The notes beneath the pieces were generated by a model. That model was not told the origin of the DNA. It saw nothing but the letters and a program-made list of their open reading frames with translations, and searched no databases. The position numbers and the translations under genes are program-made. From Yuukianura sp. NJ FZ-2021 (taxonomy: Eukaryota), in assembly GCA_046563655.1 (NCBI GenBank), contig CM102286.1, positions 6,820,001 to 6,884,000 on the forward strand: a DNA stretch of 64,000 nucleotides. Reading direction: 5' to 3'. This document shows positions 14,537-27,694 of the stretch, piece by piece (within the stretch, counting starts at the first letter, position 1; each line of letters starts with the position of its first letter).

Positions 14537-15291
14537 GGTTGAAGTAAACTTGGGCCGCGCGCCTGTCCCCACCCGTTCAAATTTTCGCGCTGCTTCCATT
14601 GTCCCCACCCAGTGTCCCCACCAAGTGGGGACAAATGTGTCCCCACCAGCCTTAAACAAGGACTCCCCCTAGCGGTTGTGTCGAACTAACGAATTCGAGC
14701 TGGCAACGTTGTAGTGTTGCTTCAATGTAAAAAACCCGCTGTAAATAAGCCCACTAGGGACTACGGAACATGTAATCACTATTGCGAAACTTTTAGTCAG
14801 CCAAACCTACAGACGTAATCACTATTGCGTGCTTTACCAAACCTAACGCCGCGCCTTCGGCGCGGAAACTGCAACGAAACTTCTTCGTGAAGTTTCAGCA
14901 CGAAACTTCTTGGTACAATGCAGTTTCCGCGCCGAAGGCGCGGCGTTAGGTTTGGTTAAGCACGCAATAGTGACTACGTCTGTGATTGTCCTACAGTAGT
15001 GATTTTGTCTGCAGGTTTTTCTGATTTAGTCTCACTATATAAATACAATGTATTTATTACCTGTGCCCTGTGTGGGGGCAATGTAGCAACGATACGACGT
15101 TGCCAGCTCGAGTTCGCTAGTTCCACTTCAGCCGCTAGGGGGCCTCGGCGTAAGGCTGGTGGGTACAGATTTGTCCCCACCAAGTGGGGACATTTGTCCC
15201 CACTTGGTGGGGACACTGGGTGGGGACAATGGAAGCAGCGCGAAAATTTGAACGGGTGGGGACAGGCGCGCGGCCCAAGTTTACTTCAACC
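14537..15291. mobile_element. Non-autonomous TIR element (MITE/foldback), GGTT...AACC termini, 8-bp TSD (Merlin- or MULE-like)
   Basis: Long TIRs starting GGTTGAAGTAAACTTGGGCCGCGCGCCTG; TSD GCGGCAGC at 14529-14536 and 15292-15299; subterminal TGTCCCCAC repeats. Confidence 0.9.
14809..14983. repeat. Nested palindrome (possible small MITE) inside the 14537 element
   Basis: Arms of about 65 bp (ACAGACGTAATCACTATTGCGTGC...CCGCGCCTTCGGCGCGGAAACTGCA) and their reverse complement; CAG...CTG ends with TA on the left only. Confidence 0.75.
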
Positions 15292-15519
15292 GCGGCAGCA
15301 GCAAACTCTGTTTGTTATGAACGAAAGCAAAATAAGAATTCTTACTTGGTTTCCCGCCGTAGATTCTGCTGGGTTCTCAGCCTTTAGTATTCCTCTATTC
15401 TGATTGTTTACTCACTTAACTCTTACGTTGACTAAATGGCACTAACTAATTTTGATGGATTATTTAATTAACACTAATAATGGACTTGTTTAAAGCCAAA
15501 TATTGGACGCTCAGTAAAT

Positions 15520-16209
15520 TTACTGATTGATGCCACTGCTGCTAGATACGTGGTGCTCTTCCAAAATTGTCATGGCCTCCTTCACTGCTCCTCTGACATT
15601 GTCCAAGCTATTGTTACGTTTGATCACGCTGACTTTCTCCGATTGAAGATTGATTTCGCTTTCGTAATTACGTTTTAGCGGACGACGTGTCCCTGCCACC
15701 CCCTTAATGTTATCCGGCGCCGGCAGTACAGCGGGCTGACCGGTGTAGCGACTAATCAACTCTCGTTTCAAGGCCAAAAGTTCGCCGACTGTAAAATATT
15801 TTCGATGCAGTGCCGACTCAGGGACGTCTGACGGCCGGAGAAGTGCTTGACATCCGGAGGGGACTTGCTTCAGGACGACCTCAATTCCACTTGGATACTG
15901 GAAACAAGCTATTGAGTTTACCGGTTGAGCAATAGCTGACCTCTGGAAGTCTTCTTGAACTTCTGCTGAATTCCACTGATGGTACAACCAAGGGTATTGA
16001 GCGCTGGGTTCGGCGTCAGCCATTCTGTTCAGTTGGCCATGACCGTTGCTCATTCCAGCAGCTTCAACTGAAGACAGGATGTCGTCCGGTGAAAAGTCCA
16101 GTAGTTGTGAATATTGCAGTTCTTGGGAGAATACTGGCGAGGAAGAGGAGGATGTCAGAGATATAAAGTCCTCGTAAAGATCGTCGAAATCAATCGGCGT
16201 TGAAGACAT
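15520..16209 (-). CDS. Intronless 229-aa ORF, no recognised family
   Basis: ATG-initiated 690-nt ORF with coding-like GC content between AT-rich flanks; acidic N-terminus and a basic RRPLKR patch. Confidence 0.5.
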   Translation of the reverse strand: MSSTPIDFDDLYEDFISLTSSSSSPVFSQELQYSQLLDFSPDDILSSVEAAGMSNGHGQLNRMADAEPSAQYPWLYHQWNSAEVQEDFQRSAIAQPVNSIACFQYPSGIEVVLKQVPSGCQALLRPSDVPESALHRKYFTVGELLALKRELISRYTGQPAVLPAPDNIKGVAGTRRPLKRNYESEINLQSEKVSVIKRNNSLDNVRGAVKEAMTILEEHHVSSSSGINQ

Positions 16210-17379
16210 TCTAATTAAGTTCTACGAATTTACCTAATTTAATTCAATTTACAAGTTGTAAATTACGACGTCTGACAATCTGCTTATTAAAACCAACAGT
16301 TCCGTATCTAAGGAATACTGATGGTGAACTGAATTTCCTGGAAAAGTGTCGAGTTGGATGGATAAATAAATTACATGTGTGTTAGTAAGGTTTTATTCCA
16401 ATTACCTCACCTTTGTCTGTCTTCAAGATTTACCTGTATTACACAGGAAGTTAGATTTTGAATAAAGAAGTCATGGTAAGTTCCTTATCTGACCTCAATT
16501 TATTCTTCGAAAAACCCTTGTGTCCCTGAACATGAACTGTTATGGACGGAGATGTGTCAGTTCCATTATCTCGGAACTAACTCCCAACCACAACCACAAC
16601 AAAGTTAGCATTTGTTGATCAAAGAACCAATTCGTATGCGGCGTTTTAAACGAATTTATTAAATTTGGAACGTTAATATTCCAAAGTGGAGAATTTCGCC
16701 GCCTTAAGACGCCTAGGTGCCACTCTTTCGCAACAGATCGTTTGTCTTAATTCGTAGTCTCACAAAAAATAATCGTAGAAAATGGCGTCGTACATTCATT
16801 CGTTTGCATCACTAATTACTATTGGAAAATATGGAGTGAAAGGCGGCAAAACGTAAAAGTAAACCTGAGATGAGAAAGCGCGGGAAAGTATGAGCATCTG
16901 ACTATGATGACTAGGTTGAAGTAAGACATAATAACACTAACTGTGTCTAGTCTACCCGTTGTGTGTGACTAAAGTCGGTAACTTACCCAATAATGTCTGG
17001 TCACTTTGACTGCGCGTGGCCAGTATGAAAATTTAACCTAAATTAACAAATGGAACATAAGTAGTCGTGCTTCGTGAATAGTACGCCTCGTAGTACTCTG
17101 GTTACAGTATGATTGTTAATCCTCGCCTCATCCGGTGCTGGAGAATTTGATCTTGGATATATGTGTGTGTGTTTGCAAATTAGGTAAATAAACACGGAGT
17201 TCATAAAGTTTCGTTTCTTTTCAATTTTTGAGTGACTTTTAATACTGTATCTGCAATCTGCATTCGCTGCACACCAAAGAACCTAACTCTACTCAAATCG
17301 AGGATAGTTTATTAATCAAAACGATTGCTTTTGTACTCTGAATAACGAGTTGTCCTTGTCAACCTCTTGCTCCTTAAGA

Positions 17380-19016
17380 ATGTCGACGCATATCACTCAA
17401 ACTGAATCTTCAACTGCGTTAATGGAGAGGAGTTTGGTCGATGACTTCTATCCAATCCGGGCACCGCTTTCCGCAAAGTACAAAAAGTAAGCAATCAAAT
17501 CCGAAAAGAAGAACATATAAGTTTTTTTTTTGATTGGGTAGTTCTTTTGTAAATTATTTACTCAAAAGCAAAATAAATATTTTTATTCTCAATTCTTCCA
17601 AGAACGTTCGGATACACAACCATCGGTTTCCGCTTGCCTGTCATTTTGACAAAAATAATCGACCAACTTTCACGCGACAAAAACGAGATACAAGAAAAAT
17701 TCGGCCTGGTAAGTCATACTATGTTTTCCTGATTTGAAGCTATCTATTATTATTTCCCGTTGGTGTTTGTTTTCTGATTATAGGATGCGCGTTCAGAAAT
17801 TAAAGAAGTTGTTGGATACCTTGCGAAATTGAAGAATGAATTACAAACAAATAAACCCATTGCTCGCGTGGATAGCTCTATCTGGAATGACTACATATTA
17901 CAAATTGCTAAGCAACATCATAACAATTTGGAGTCGAGTGTGACCTACTACTTCTCTCCGTGGCTGTTCGTAGAATGCTATATCTATCACCGTATTCATC
18001 AAGCATTTTATTCAACGATTCATTTGAAGGATTACGATTATACCAAAAAGCAAAAGCAAGAAAATTTCTTGGAATGTCTGGAACAGGCAGCCGTTCTTGG
18101 TGAATTCGAATGCGTACTCTCGTCGACAGCACCAGTTGAAGCGCTACAGTCGCTACTAGAAGTTGCTTTATGGGGAAATCAATGTGATCTTTCCCTTTCT
18201 TCTGGGGAACCCAATTCTCAGTCTCTACATTTGCTCGAAAGCCTGCACGAATTAAGAAAACACATTCTCTGTGATAATTCGGATTCCGTTTGGAAGGTTC
18301 TGAATGTTGAAGCAACCAAGAAGACGATCGGCTACGTTCTAGATAATGCTGGGTTTGAACTATTTACGGATCTGTGCTTTGCGGACTTACTGCTGACTGA
18401 AGTTGACAGAGTTGACTTTTACGTCAAGGATATTCCGTGGTTCATTTCGGATGCGATGGCTTCTGACTTCGAGTGGCTCATAGAAACGTTAGAAAATAGT
18501 GAACGACGGACTCTACAGCAGTTGGGCCAGAAGTGGAGAACGTATTTGTCAACCGATCGGTAACGTTTTGGAATCTTTACAAGCATGCTACTAGACAATC
18601 AGTAACTAGTGGTAGACAATCGATGTTCCTTTTGTTCTTGAATTATGCACCTAACAACATGCTTTTACGTATTTAGCTGGAGGATTGTGAAACACAGTTT
18701 CTGGACACTACCACACTCGTACAATGAGATGGAGTCTTTTGATCCAGCGTTGTACTCGGAGCTCTCGAGCCACACACTGCTAGTCTTCAAGGGCGATCTT
18801 AACTACCGTAAACTAGTCGGTGATATCAATTGGGAACCTGAAACTCCGTTCAAAGACGCCCTGCGTGGCTTTCTCCCAGCACCGCTTGTTACCCTACGCA
18901 CATGCAAGGCGGATACAGTGGCTGGGCTTAAACCCGGACTGGCCGAGGAAATGAACAAAAATGAACCGGATTGGCTTATTACCGGTAAATATGGTTTAAT
19001 TCAATTCGCAAGTTAA
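17380..19016 (+). CDS. ARMT1: Damage-control phosphatase ARMT1 (DUF89 family), 4 exons
   Basis: PLSAKYK|KTFGYTTIGFRLPVILTKIID, PWLFVECYIYHRI, LWGNQCDLSLS, VLDNAGFELFTDL, KDIPWFISD, FKGDLNYRKL, LRTCKAD motifs. Confidence 0.95.
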
Positions 19017-19217
19017 GTACCTTCCTCATCTTGAGTAACTTTAAATTATTGGTGTTGACAATTCCATTAAAACTCCCATATTTGTTCGTGTTGACAACAA
19101 TTCCGTTAAAATATTTGTTCAACTATTATTTCCCAGCACTATTAAGTTCAGTCTTTATACGAAGGAATTCATCCAGGGTTAGGAGAGAGTGCTTAAGAAC
19201 GTCATGTCGGAAGCTAT

Positions 19218-22200
19218 TTAGTGTTCATATGCTGGGTTGCTGGAAAATTCACCTTGATATATTGGTGTTGTCAGTTCCAGCGAATCACAGTACATGTCAC
19301 GTATTACAGCTTGGGAAGTCTTCAGAATACCGAGAAAAGTAGACGCCCACCTCAAACTAACCTCGTCCTCCTTGCTTTGTAATTTACAGATCAACCTGTA
19401 GACAGGAAAATAAAAGAATATTCGAGTCAATTCTAATTTTAGTTTCCAATTTAGGCAAGGAGCTTATGCGTATTTTAAGTTAGCTTCACAAATACTTACT
19501 GCCAAATGTACGAGATCAGTTCCCGGCCTTCGTCGAGGTGATTTTCGGTGAGCAACTCTTGCAGATATGAAGCTAAGACTTGTCTATCTTCATGGTTAGG
19601 ACTCTGCTTGGACTTAATACCACCAACTAGGACGGATTTTATATCCGATATTTTGTTCACACCGTTCAGAAATGGTAGCACGTTACCGTTTGTGGTGTCA
19701 CCTATGTCACTCGTATCCATTGGTTGACTGGTAGGGTTTACCGGATCTCTGTCTACTTGTAGACCATCACGTGTATCTCCTTGTACTTCTGCGTCTTGCG
19801 ACAGTGGAGACATATTGTGTAGTATCGTGGATTGCACGGACCATACATTATCACTCGAGGGGTTCCGTCGATCCCGTCGTCCAAATGAATCATTGATTGT
19901 GGATTGCACAGATTTCTTTTCCGTTGCTGTCATATCATGTTCGTAGCGAAGGTTGTCCAGAGAAATTCTTACACCGCGGATATAATTTGCCGGGATTGAA
20001 GTTTTCGTTATCGACCTTCCAAGTTCCGATGCAATTTTGGCGAGCACTTTTGGATCTCGAGTTGGGATATGCAGTGGGCGTGTCCTAAATTACAAAACGA
20101 AACGTTAAAACGTTATTAGTGCGAACGCGATACTTCTTCATGCATCGGACCATTTTCCACAAGGATTGTGATACGAAGCTTACCTCGAATGAACGTCAAC
20201 TGCTCCATGGGCGCCGGGTTTTACTGGTTCATGTATGTGACCTTTCTTCACAACCCAAAACGACAATGTAATTTTTTTTCCAAAGCCCTCGCTTTCTTCC
20301 GCTCTTTTTGCCACTTCGGTGGAAAGTTGCTTGATAAATGTATTCACTTCCGTAAAATCTGTGAACCTAACGCCAAAACTACATCCGGCAGAGATCGACT
20401 TCGCTTGGTAACTCGTGTTATCGCACTTCAAAGCGTCATTGTCGACTCCTCTGCAAAGCCTGTTACAAAGAACGAGAATAAACATGTTAGTAAACACATT
20501 AAAACAAATTCCATTCTAAAAATATTTTCAAGTGCTTAAATCAAAAACACTGCATTTTACGATCAGAGTCTTGAGCTCACCAGTACAATTTCTCGCCATT
20601 TTTATCCCCAAATCCGCTTTTCAGATCATGCAAGGTCAAGCGTTGCAACTCCCCACAAGTTTCAATTTTGTAGAAATCCCGCAATTTTTCGGTAGTAGAA
20701 TAGCCGACACCCGGAAGTTTATGTGCTGGCAAGGAAACGATGAATTCCTTCAACTCGGACTCGGTCAAGTGACACGTTCCAGTTCCATTTTCCTTCGCCT
20801 GACGTGTCGCGATTCTGGCACTGAGTTTGTTATTGCCAATTCCAATTGAACACGAAATCTTTGCCGAATCCTTCGGGGCATTCAAATTACAAAATATATA
20901 ATTACAAGTTGAAAATATTAAGATAAATGGTTATATAAAATGCTGAAATACCTTAACAGCGTTTCTTAGGAAATTAGCAAGTCGTATTGGACTGGTCCCT
21001 GACTCGACGATAATCTTCGTTGCATCGATGTAGAGCTCATCACAGCTCACAGGTTCAATTTCTAGAGTAAGGCTGTTTAAAAAAAAATAGTTATGTTTTT
21101 ATTAGCAAAACATGGAGATTTTAACAACAAAAGTTACTTTGGCGAATATCTATCTCACCTTGCTACGGTTTCGAAAAATAACGTAGAAACCCGTTTGTAC
21201 TCCTCAAATTCGAATGGTATTGTTTGCAGCTCTGGACACAATCGTTTAGCCTGATCTAACCACATTCCAGCGTAAATACCTTTAGCTCTTCCCTCATAGC
21301 TGACACATGCAACCTCTGACTTGGAACCGGCCGTAGTCCCCTTAGAATGCGTTACAGCGACCGGCAAATTGGCAAGGTGCGGGCGGGTGAGGCGTCCCAC
21401 CGCCACAAAAAAACAATCGATGTCGACGTGCATAACGACTATAACAAAACATCGATTACAAGATTTGAAATGAGTTTAATTACACACAACGACACTCACC
21501 TTGCTTCAAATTTTCACCTAGTGAGTCAAGTGAGGCTATTGGTCTTGTCGTCGAATCGAGCAAATACTGATGTAGCAGTTTGAATTCGGGATTAGCGTTC
21601 CTTCTCCAACTAGCAACGAGTTGTTGTATGTGTTTCTTCATGGTAGAGATTAAGTGAAGCCTGGAATTGTTATAAAAGTCATCCAAGAACCCAACCTCTG
21701 TAGTAGATTTGAGAAGTTTAGCATGTCGTTGCTGTCCATCATCCAAACTTCTTTCAGGAGATATCGCTGTTGCTGTGCCGGGAGAAGGTGTCTCAGTCTC
21801 CGGCTCGTTTTGTGATTCACATATTGGAATTGAAGAAGAATTGGGAGACAAACTAATTTCGTCCCTTGTGACAGTGTCGTCCAAAACAGAATNNNNNNNN
21901 NNNNNNNNNNNNNNNNNNNNNNNNNNNNNNNNNNNNNNNNNNNNNNNNNNNNNNNNNNNNNNNNNNNNNNNNNNNNNNNNNNNNNNNNNNNNTTTCTGTG
22001 CCGGGGGAAGGTGTCTCAGTCTCCAACTCGTTTTGTGATTCGCATATTGGAGTTGAAGAAGTATTGGGAGACAAACTACTTTCGTCCCTTGTTACAGTGT
22101 TGTCCAAAACAGAATCGTTTTCTTTTGTGGTCGCATGGGGTTCCACAACTTGTGTTAAAGTTCTCTGATTTTGCTCCCTATCAATCACATAGATGTGAAT

Positions 22201-22874
22201 AATTAGAACTTCTTCGGCTATACCACAAATTGCTGCTGTCGTAAATAACACGTTTGTTCTTACTCGTTGGAGTCGTAAAGAAAGTACTTTCGAAAATCCT
22301 GTTTGATTCCGGCGATGATGCTGTCAGTAATCCACTCCGGTCTCAACGTTTTCTTGGCCATATGTCTGCGGTAATACAAAGAATTAAATCAAAAATATGG
22401 TACGAATGAAGCAAAAGTATAAAATATTTCCGATAATTAGTGTCTCACCTTTTTTTAGCTGCAGGTAGATTGGTAGCGATTACGAATGTCGTGCTTGCAA
22501 GAAAATACTGGCTGTACTGACCGCCATGTTTGGAGAAAAGTTCGCGCAGTTCTGGTTCTGGAGGATCTTCAAATAGTTTAAACTCATTCAATTGACAATT
22601 TGATAATTGCTGTATATTATATTATTAGTATCGTACTTGTATATCCATTGATGTATATACTGACTCCTTGAAATATCTGTTTACAATTGTTTTCTGGACC
22701 CTGAGTGTTAAACTGTTCGTTCAATTTCGCCTTCTTTGCAGAGAAATAACTTCCCCAGTCACCCTAAAAACGTATCCAATTAGTGGAAAGGGAATTAAAT
22801 AAATTAACCGGAAAATCATTTTTATGTAAAGATACGTAAAATACAATATCTGACTTTAAATCGTAACTTACCAT
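19218..22874 (-). CDS. REV1: DNA repair protein REV1 (Y-family deoxycytidyl transferase), multi-exon, spans an assembly gap
   Basis: M|GDWGSYFSAKKAKLNEQF, BRCT (IFQGVSIYINGYT...RPEWITDS), N-digit FYNNSRLHLIS, HVDIDCFFVAV, IEPVSCDELYID, SIGIGNNKLSARIATRQAK, LPGVG, and a C-terminal domain ending WASTFLGILKTSQAVIRDMYCDSLELT. Confidence 0.95.
21893..21992. other. Assembly gap (100 N) between two copies of a 126-bp repeat in REV1
   Basis: N run; 21773-21892 and 21993-22113 are near-identical direct copies. Confidence 0.95.
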
Positions 22875-23550
22875 TTTATGATTTAAGCCAAAAAGAGTAA
22901 TCCCGTTGTTCTCCTGATGTCGTTCAAGAATGAACAATACTAAATCATAATTTAATTATTTATTATCATTCAACACCATAACCTACCACCTACCTAAATG
23001 AGATACAGGAGACAGGACAGAACGAAAACGAACAGACGAAATCCAAAACAACAAAAACATTGGCTGAAGTAAACGCTATTTCTAGTGATTGTGTACCCTA
23101 GGTAGTAGTCCACCAGTGCAGTACACACATTATTATTGCAAAATTTCACAATAATTAATAAATTTCCCCTTCGGCGCCAAATCCCAAATCGGTGCACTAA
23201 CCAGCCGTGTTAATTTTGTTTTAATATGGCGCTTTTGAAGTTAGCAACGTTCAAGCAAGGGCAGGAGATACGCAATTAAAGGAATTGTGCCAAAACCTAA
23301 ACCATACGCCAACCAAATTCCTTTAGCAATTTTGAGTGGAGTCTGGGTAAAGGTCGGATATCAGATTCCGCGGATTTAAATGACTGTATGAGGGGATGAC
23401 TCATTCCTCGCGCTCTTAAATTGCACTAACAGCTTAGGTTTAGTAAAAACCTTTCGAAAACTAATTTGAAATATAACCCCAAATTCTTGTGGAATGCGAT
23501 GTTCAGATATGATTTTTAAAGATCTGAGGAGTCCTAGGTATACAATTCGA

Positions 23551-23922
23551 GGTTGCTCCTTCTATTCCGGTCCCAGTTTGGAAAATTTTCTAAGTACAAA
23601 GTTGATGTTTCCAGACAACCCAAAAAATGACCTCTACAAAAACTGATCAGTATGATGACACGATCATTTTGACATATCACACATGACCCTGCGACCTTCC
23701 CTTGAGGTCAAAGGTTAGGTTTCTCAAAAATTAACCAAACCTAACCTTTGACCTATGTCCTCAACCGATAGTCACAGGGTCATGTGTGATATGTCAAAAT
23801 GATCGCGTCATTGACCTTAACAACTTTTTTAGGGGTCATTTTTGGAATTGTCTAGGAGCATCAACTTTGTACTTACAAGTTAGAAAAATTTTCACACTGA
23901 GACCGGAATAGAAGGTGCAACC
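23551..23922. mobile_element. MITE, GGTT...AACC termini, 8-bp TSD
   Basis: Almost fully palindromic; ends GGTTGCTCCTTCTATTCCGGTC / GACCGGAATAGAAGGTGCAACC; TSD CAATTCGA at 23543-23550 and 23923-23930. Confidence 0.9.
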
Positions 23923-24154
23923 CAATTCGAAGAACTCAACATCGCAATACACACCCGACACCCGTCATGTACGATCCGAGGAATCCCATATCAGGTCTTT
24001 TGCCAGACCCAGGAAAATTCAACTGAAACAAGAAAACTTTTAAGCAGTGTTTTTGCTTCTAAATCTGGAGGGATGATGGAGGTTTAGTCTCTTATCACTG
24101 TTAATCTTAAAATAATTGTAATCCGACACTATTTTAATCAGTATTTCGAGGAAA

Positions 24155-27100
24155 ATGCTCGAGGAACACAATTATGTAATACACCACAGTCAGCAACGTT
24201 CAGAAGACTCTGGTACCCGGAGATCTAAACCATCACCGTCACCGACGAAGGAATCTGGCGTTACATTTGCAAATCCAGCATCGCTAAAATTTTCTAAAAT
24301 ACTACATCAAAAGGGACATCCGCCAACTGGCTTTGTCGCAGTGGTAAACTTCAAATATAAATAACAATCATGATGTTGCGTTTCGAGACTGAGGGTGGAT
24401 TGGGGCAAGTTCCAAGCAGTGAAAATTTTCTAAGTTTTTTGGTCAAAATTTTCGAAAAATTTTTTTTTCGTTATTTTCACGTTTTATGATGTTTCAAACG
24501 TTTTTGGAACGTTTGGAGCAAAAAAAAATTTTTGACCCCAAGGGTCCCCCCTTCCCATTTTTTTCAAAATTTTGAGTCGAAAATTTTCAAAGTCCCGAAG
24601 GTCAAGTGGGCACCTCTGACAACCTAAAAAATGACCCCTATGAAAGTTGTTTAGAATCATGAGAGGAATATTTTTTGTCCTATGGACTATGCCCCTACGG
24701 TCACTCGTTGAGGTCAGAGGTCAACTCAAAGAAAAATTGTGGGAAATGTTTGAGCTGACCTCTGACCTCAACGAGTGATCGTAGGGGCATAGTCCATAGG
24801 ACAAAAAATATTCCTCTCATGATTCTAAACAACTTTCATAGGGGTCATTTTTTAGGTTGTCAGAGGTGCCCACTTGACCTTCGGGACTTTGAAAATTTTC
24901 GACTCAAAATTTTGAAAAAAATGGGAAGGGGGGACCCTTGGGGTCAAAAATTTTTTTTTGCTCCAAACGTTCCAAAAACGTTTGAAACATCATAAAACGT
25001 GAAAATAACGAAAAAAAAATTTTTCGAAAATTTTGACCAAAAAACTTAGAAAATTTTCACTGCTTGGAACTTGCCCCAATCCACCCCGAGACTGATCTAA
25101 AAGTTTTATTTTTACTTTTAAGCGTTTGGGACCAACGAAAGTTCAAAGTCCCCCAGCACCTCCACCGACACCCGCTGCCGTTAGTATGGAGTCGGCAATG
25201 GGGGTTCCTGGTGGACCGGTGACGACTGGCTGTATAATTTGCACGAGGCATATCTTAGCTACCAAAGTGTTTGGTCACCGAGCCAACAGTTTTTCGCCAT
25301 TCCTCTCCAAACTCATGTTTCCGTTGACAAGGAACATCACAAAGACTTATGAGGATTTGCGAACAGATTTGCAAGATAGGGACATATGTCAAAGTTGTCG
25401 CAAAGGACTCGCCAGTTCTACGAAACTGCAACAGCAACTTGGAGTTGTTTCACATGAGGATAGAGTCAACATGCTACTGGAGCCGTTGACTATGCTGGAA
25501 ACTACTATTATGAACTTGCGAAACACGTTAATTAACCTCTTGACCATGGGCATAAGCGGTATGTTCACAGTTTTTTTTCGTTAAAGTAAAATTAAGACGT
25601 AATAGTATTTTAGCTTAGTTTGAGATAGAGAAATTGAAATGTCAAGTGCAAATTGAACTAACAGAAATCGAAAGTGGCACTGAGGAAATTACGGAACGAA
25701 ACAGCGAGAGTAACCACGAAGGAGACTACGAACTTGTGGTAATTGATGATGACGATTCTCCAGCCGCCTCTACTGCCGAGAAGTCATCTAATACACTAAT
25801 GTCGCTGCCGAACGATGAGTTTGCTGCTGCGGATGATATAGTGATTACCGAATCAGCTGCCGAAATCGCTAAAGAGGAGCCCTCGATACTGCACGGTCTT
25901 ATGTTGCAAGATATCAACGTCTCGCGATACTACAAATCCGTAACTGCTCAACGGTAACTGCTTAAAAATAAAAATTATCAAATTATAATTACTTTAAAAT
26001 ATTTAAGGGTCTTTGGGCTTTGCTAAAAAATCTCCTTTTTTTTCTGTGAATGAAGGCCAGAAACCGAGGGCATGGAGAAACAACAACAAAACGCGAAATC
26101 AAAAAGAGGCACGGAGCAAATACAAGTAGACATGGAAGTCTTTGTCGCATCCGGCGGTACATACCTTTTAATCAACTAAGTAGGTCTTATAGTAGGATTT
26201 AATTATTACACAATTTGTAACATTTCAGATCCTCCGTTTCCTTGTCCTGTTTGTAAGCAACTGTTTTACAGCAAACCACATCTACAAAGTCATATGGCCT
26301 TTCATGGGAAAGACTTGCGTGTAGAATGTGGAATTTGTAAAAAGACATTTTACCACAAATCCACACTATCCTCACACATGTTTGTTTTAATCAATGTCTC
26401 ATTGTCTCATCCTAGTTTCAGCTCCAAAGAAGACGCTCCACGAGTGTCCAATTTGTAAGAAAAACCTCAGCAGTGCACAACATTTGACTGCACATTTGCG
26501 AATCCACACGAATGATAAGCCCTACGAGTGCAATCTCTGCCATCAAAAGTTCCGACATAATTCCTCACTTTTTCTACACAAGAAACGGCACGAAGGGGAT
26601 CTCCGCTACAGTTGCTCTATTTGCCAACGGAAGTTTGTATGCAATTACAAGAGAAAAGTTCACGAAGAAACACACATACCGATACCCGACCGTGTACGCG
26701 ACATTACTTGCGAGTTTTGGTAAATGTGTGTTAGTTTAAATTCAATCTTTAAAATGCATAACATATTCTATGTTTTCTTCTTTTCAGTCCGAAAACGTTT
26801 ACTAGCAAAGCACATTACGTAATGCACACAAGAAGGATTCATCCAGAATCTGTAGATCCTCAAAAGTATCCTGTAGACAAGTTGCTTACGTGCGACGTCT
26901 GTGGCAAAAAATTTTTATCACTGCCCTACCTTGAGCAGCACCTAGTCCAACATTTTCCTGAGAGGAAGCAGGAGGCTATCTGCGACATTTGTGGTCGAGG
27001 GCTGACGCACATTTACTCTCTGCGGAGGCACATGCGTGATGTACACGAGAAAGTCCCCGGCACCGTGGCGCCCAAGGTTATTCCATGTACAATATGTGGT

Positions 27101-27376
27101 AAAAAGTTCACAACCAGAGGCGGAATGAAACGACATGCGAAGGACATGCATGAACCAACTCTACCTAGAGTTCCTTGCGAGATTTGTGGAAAGCTACTCC
27201 GCCCGGGAAATATGCGGGTTCACATGAGAATTCATCAGAGAGGTGACGACCATCGTGCCAAAAGAAAATCGAAACAAAACACAAAACTAAAGGACCCACT
27301 TGCTCTCGACGGAGAGGATTCTTACGAAAATGGAGGTTACATTGAAAGTACAGATTCACATTCAGAAGATGATTGA
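24155..27376 (+). CDS. C2H2 zinc-finger protein with an N-terminal ZAD-like domain
   Basis: Exon 24155-24343 splices in phase to 25123 (FVAV|RLGP). CIIC...CQSC cysteine pairs are followed by an acidic linker and about 9-10 C2H2 fingers with HTNDKPYEC-type linkers; stop at 27376. Confidence 0.85.
24393..25086. mobile_element. Foldback element (Mutator-like), 9-bp TSD, in intron 1 of the ZNF gene
   Basis: Near-perfect arms of about 338 bp (GGGTGGATTGGGGCAAGTTCC... / ...GGAACTTGCCCCAATCCACCC) around a loop of about 18 nt; TSD CGAGACTGA at 24384-24392 and 25087-25095. Confidence 0.93.
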
Positions 27377-27694
27377 AACAAAAATATTTTTCGGCTCAAA
27401 ACAACAGAAACTGTGCGTATCACTTGTGCTGTTTCTGATTCAACTGTGTCCCTGCGTTCCTTTATTAGCTCCAATATGCCATTCTGGCATTTTGTATCTA
27501 AAATTAAAATTAAACCTAAGTTGTTTTTAAGTAACTAAAAAATTTTGTCAGGGTAGGTAGTGTATAACTATGTCGAATTTTGAATTTTTTATTTGAAATA
27601 GGTAAAAAGATGAATTAATTTCTTAAATGAAAGAATGAACTGTTGGAGAAGTTATTTAACCTAAGTAGTTGTCTGGTCATTATTGTTGTGCAAT

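Noticed and set aside
14974..15403. ORFs of 67-134 aa
   Set aside because: They lie within the GC-rich MITE arm and show no transposase similarity.
16895..16990. ATGATGA box-C-like motif (possible snoRNA)
   Set aside because: No suitably placed CTGA box D or terminal stem.
17380..22874. ARMT1 and REV1 as a DNA-damage gene cluster
   Set aside because: Convergent neighbours in a compact genome; nothing in the sequence supports co-regulation.
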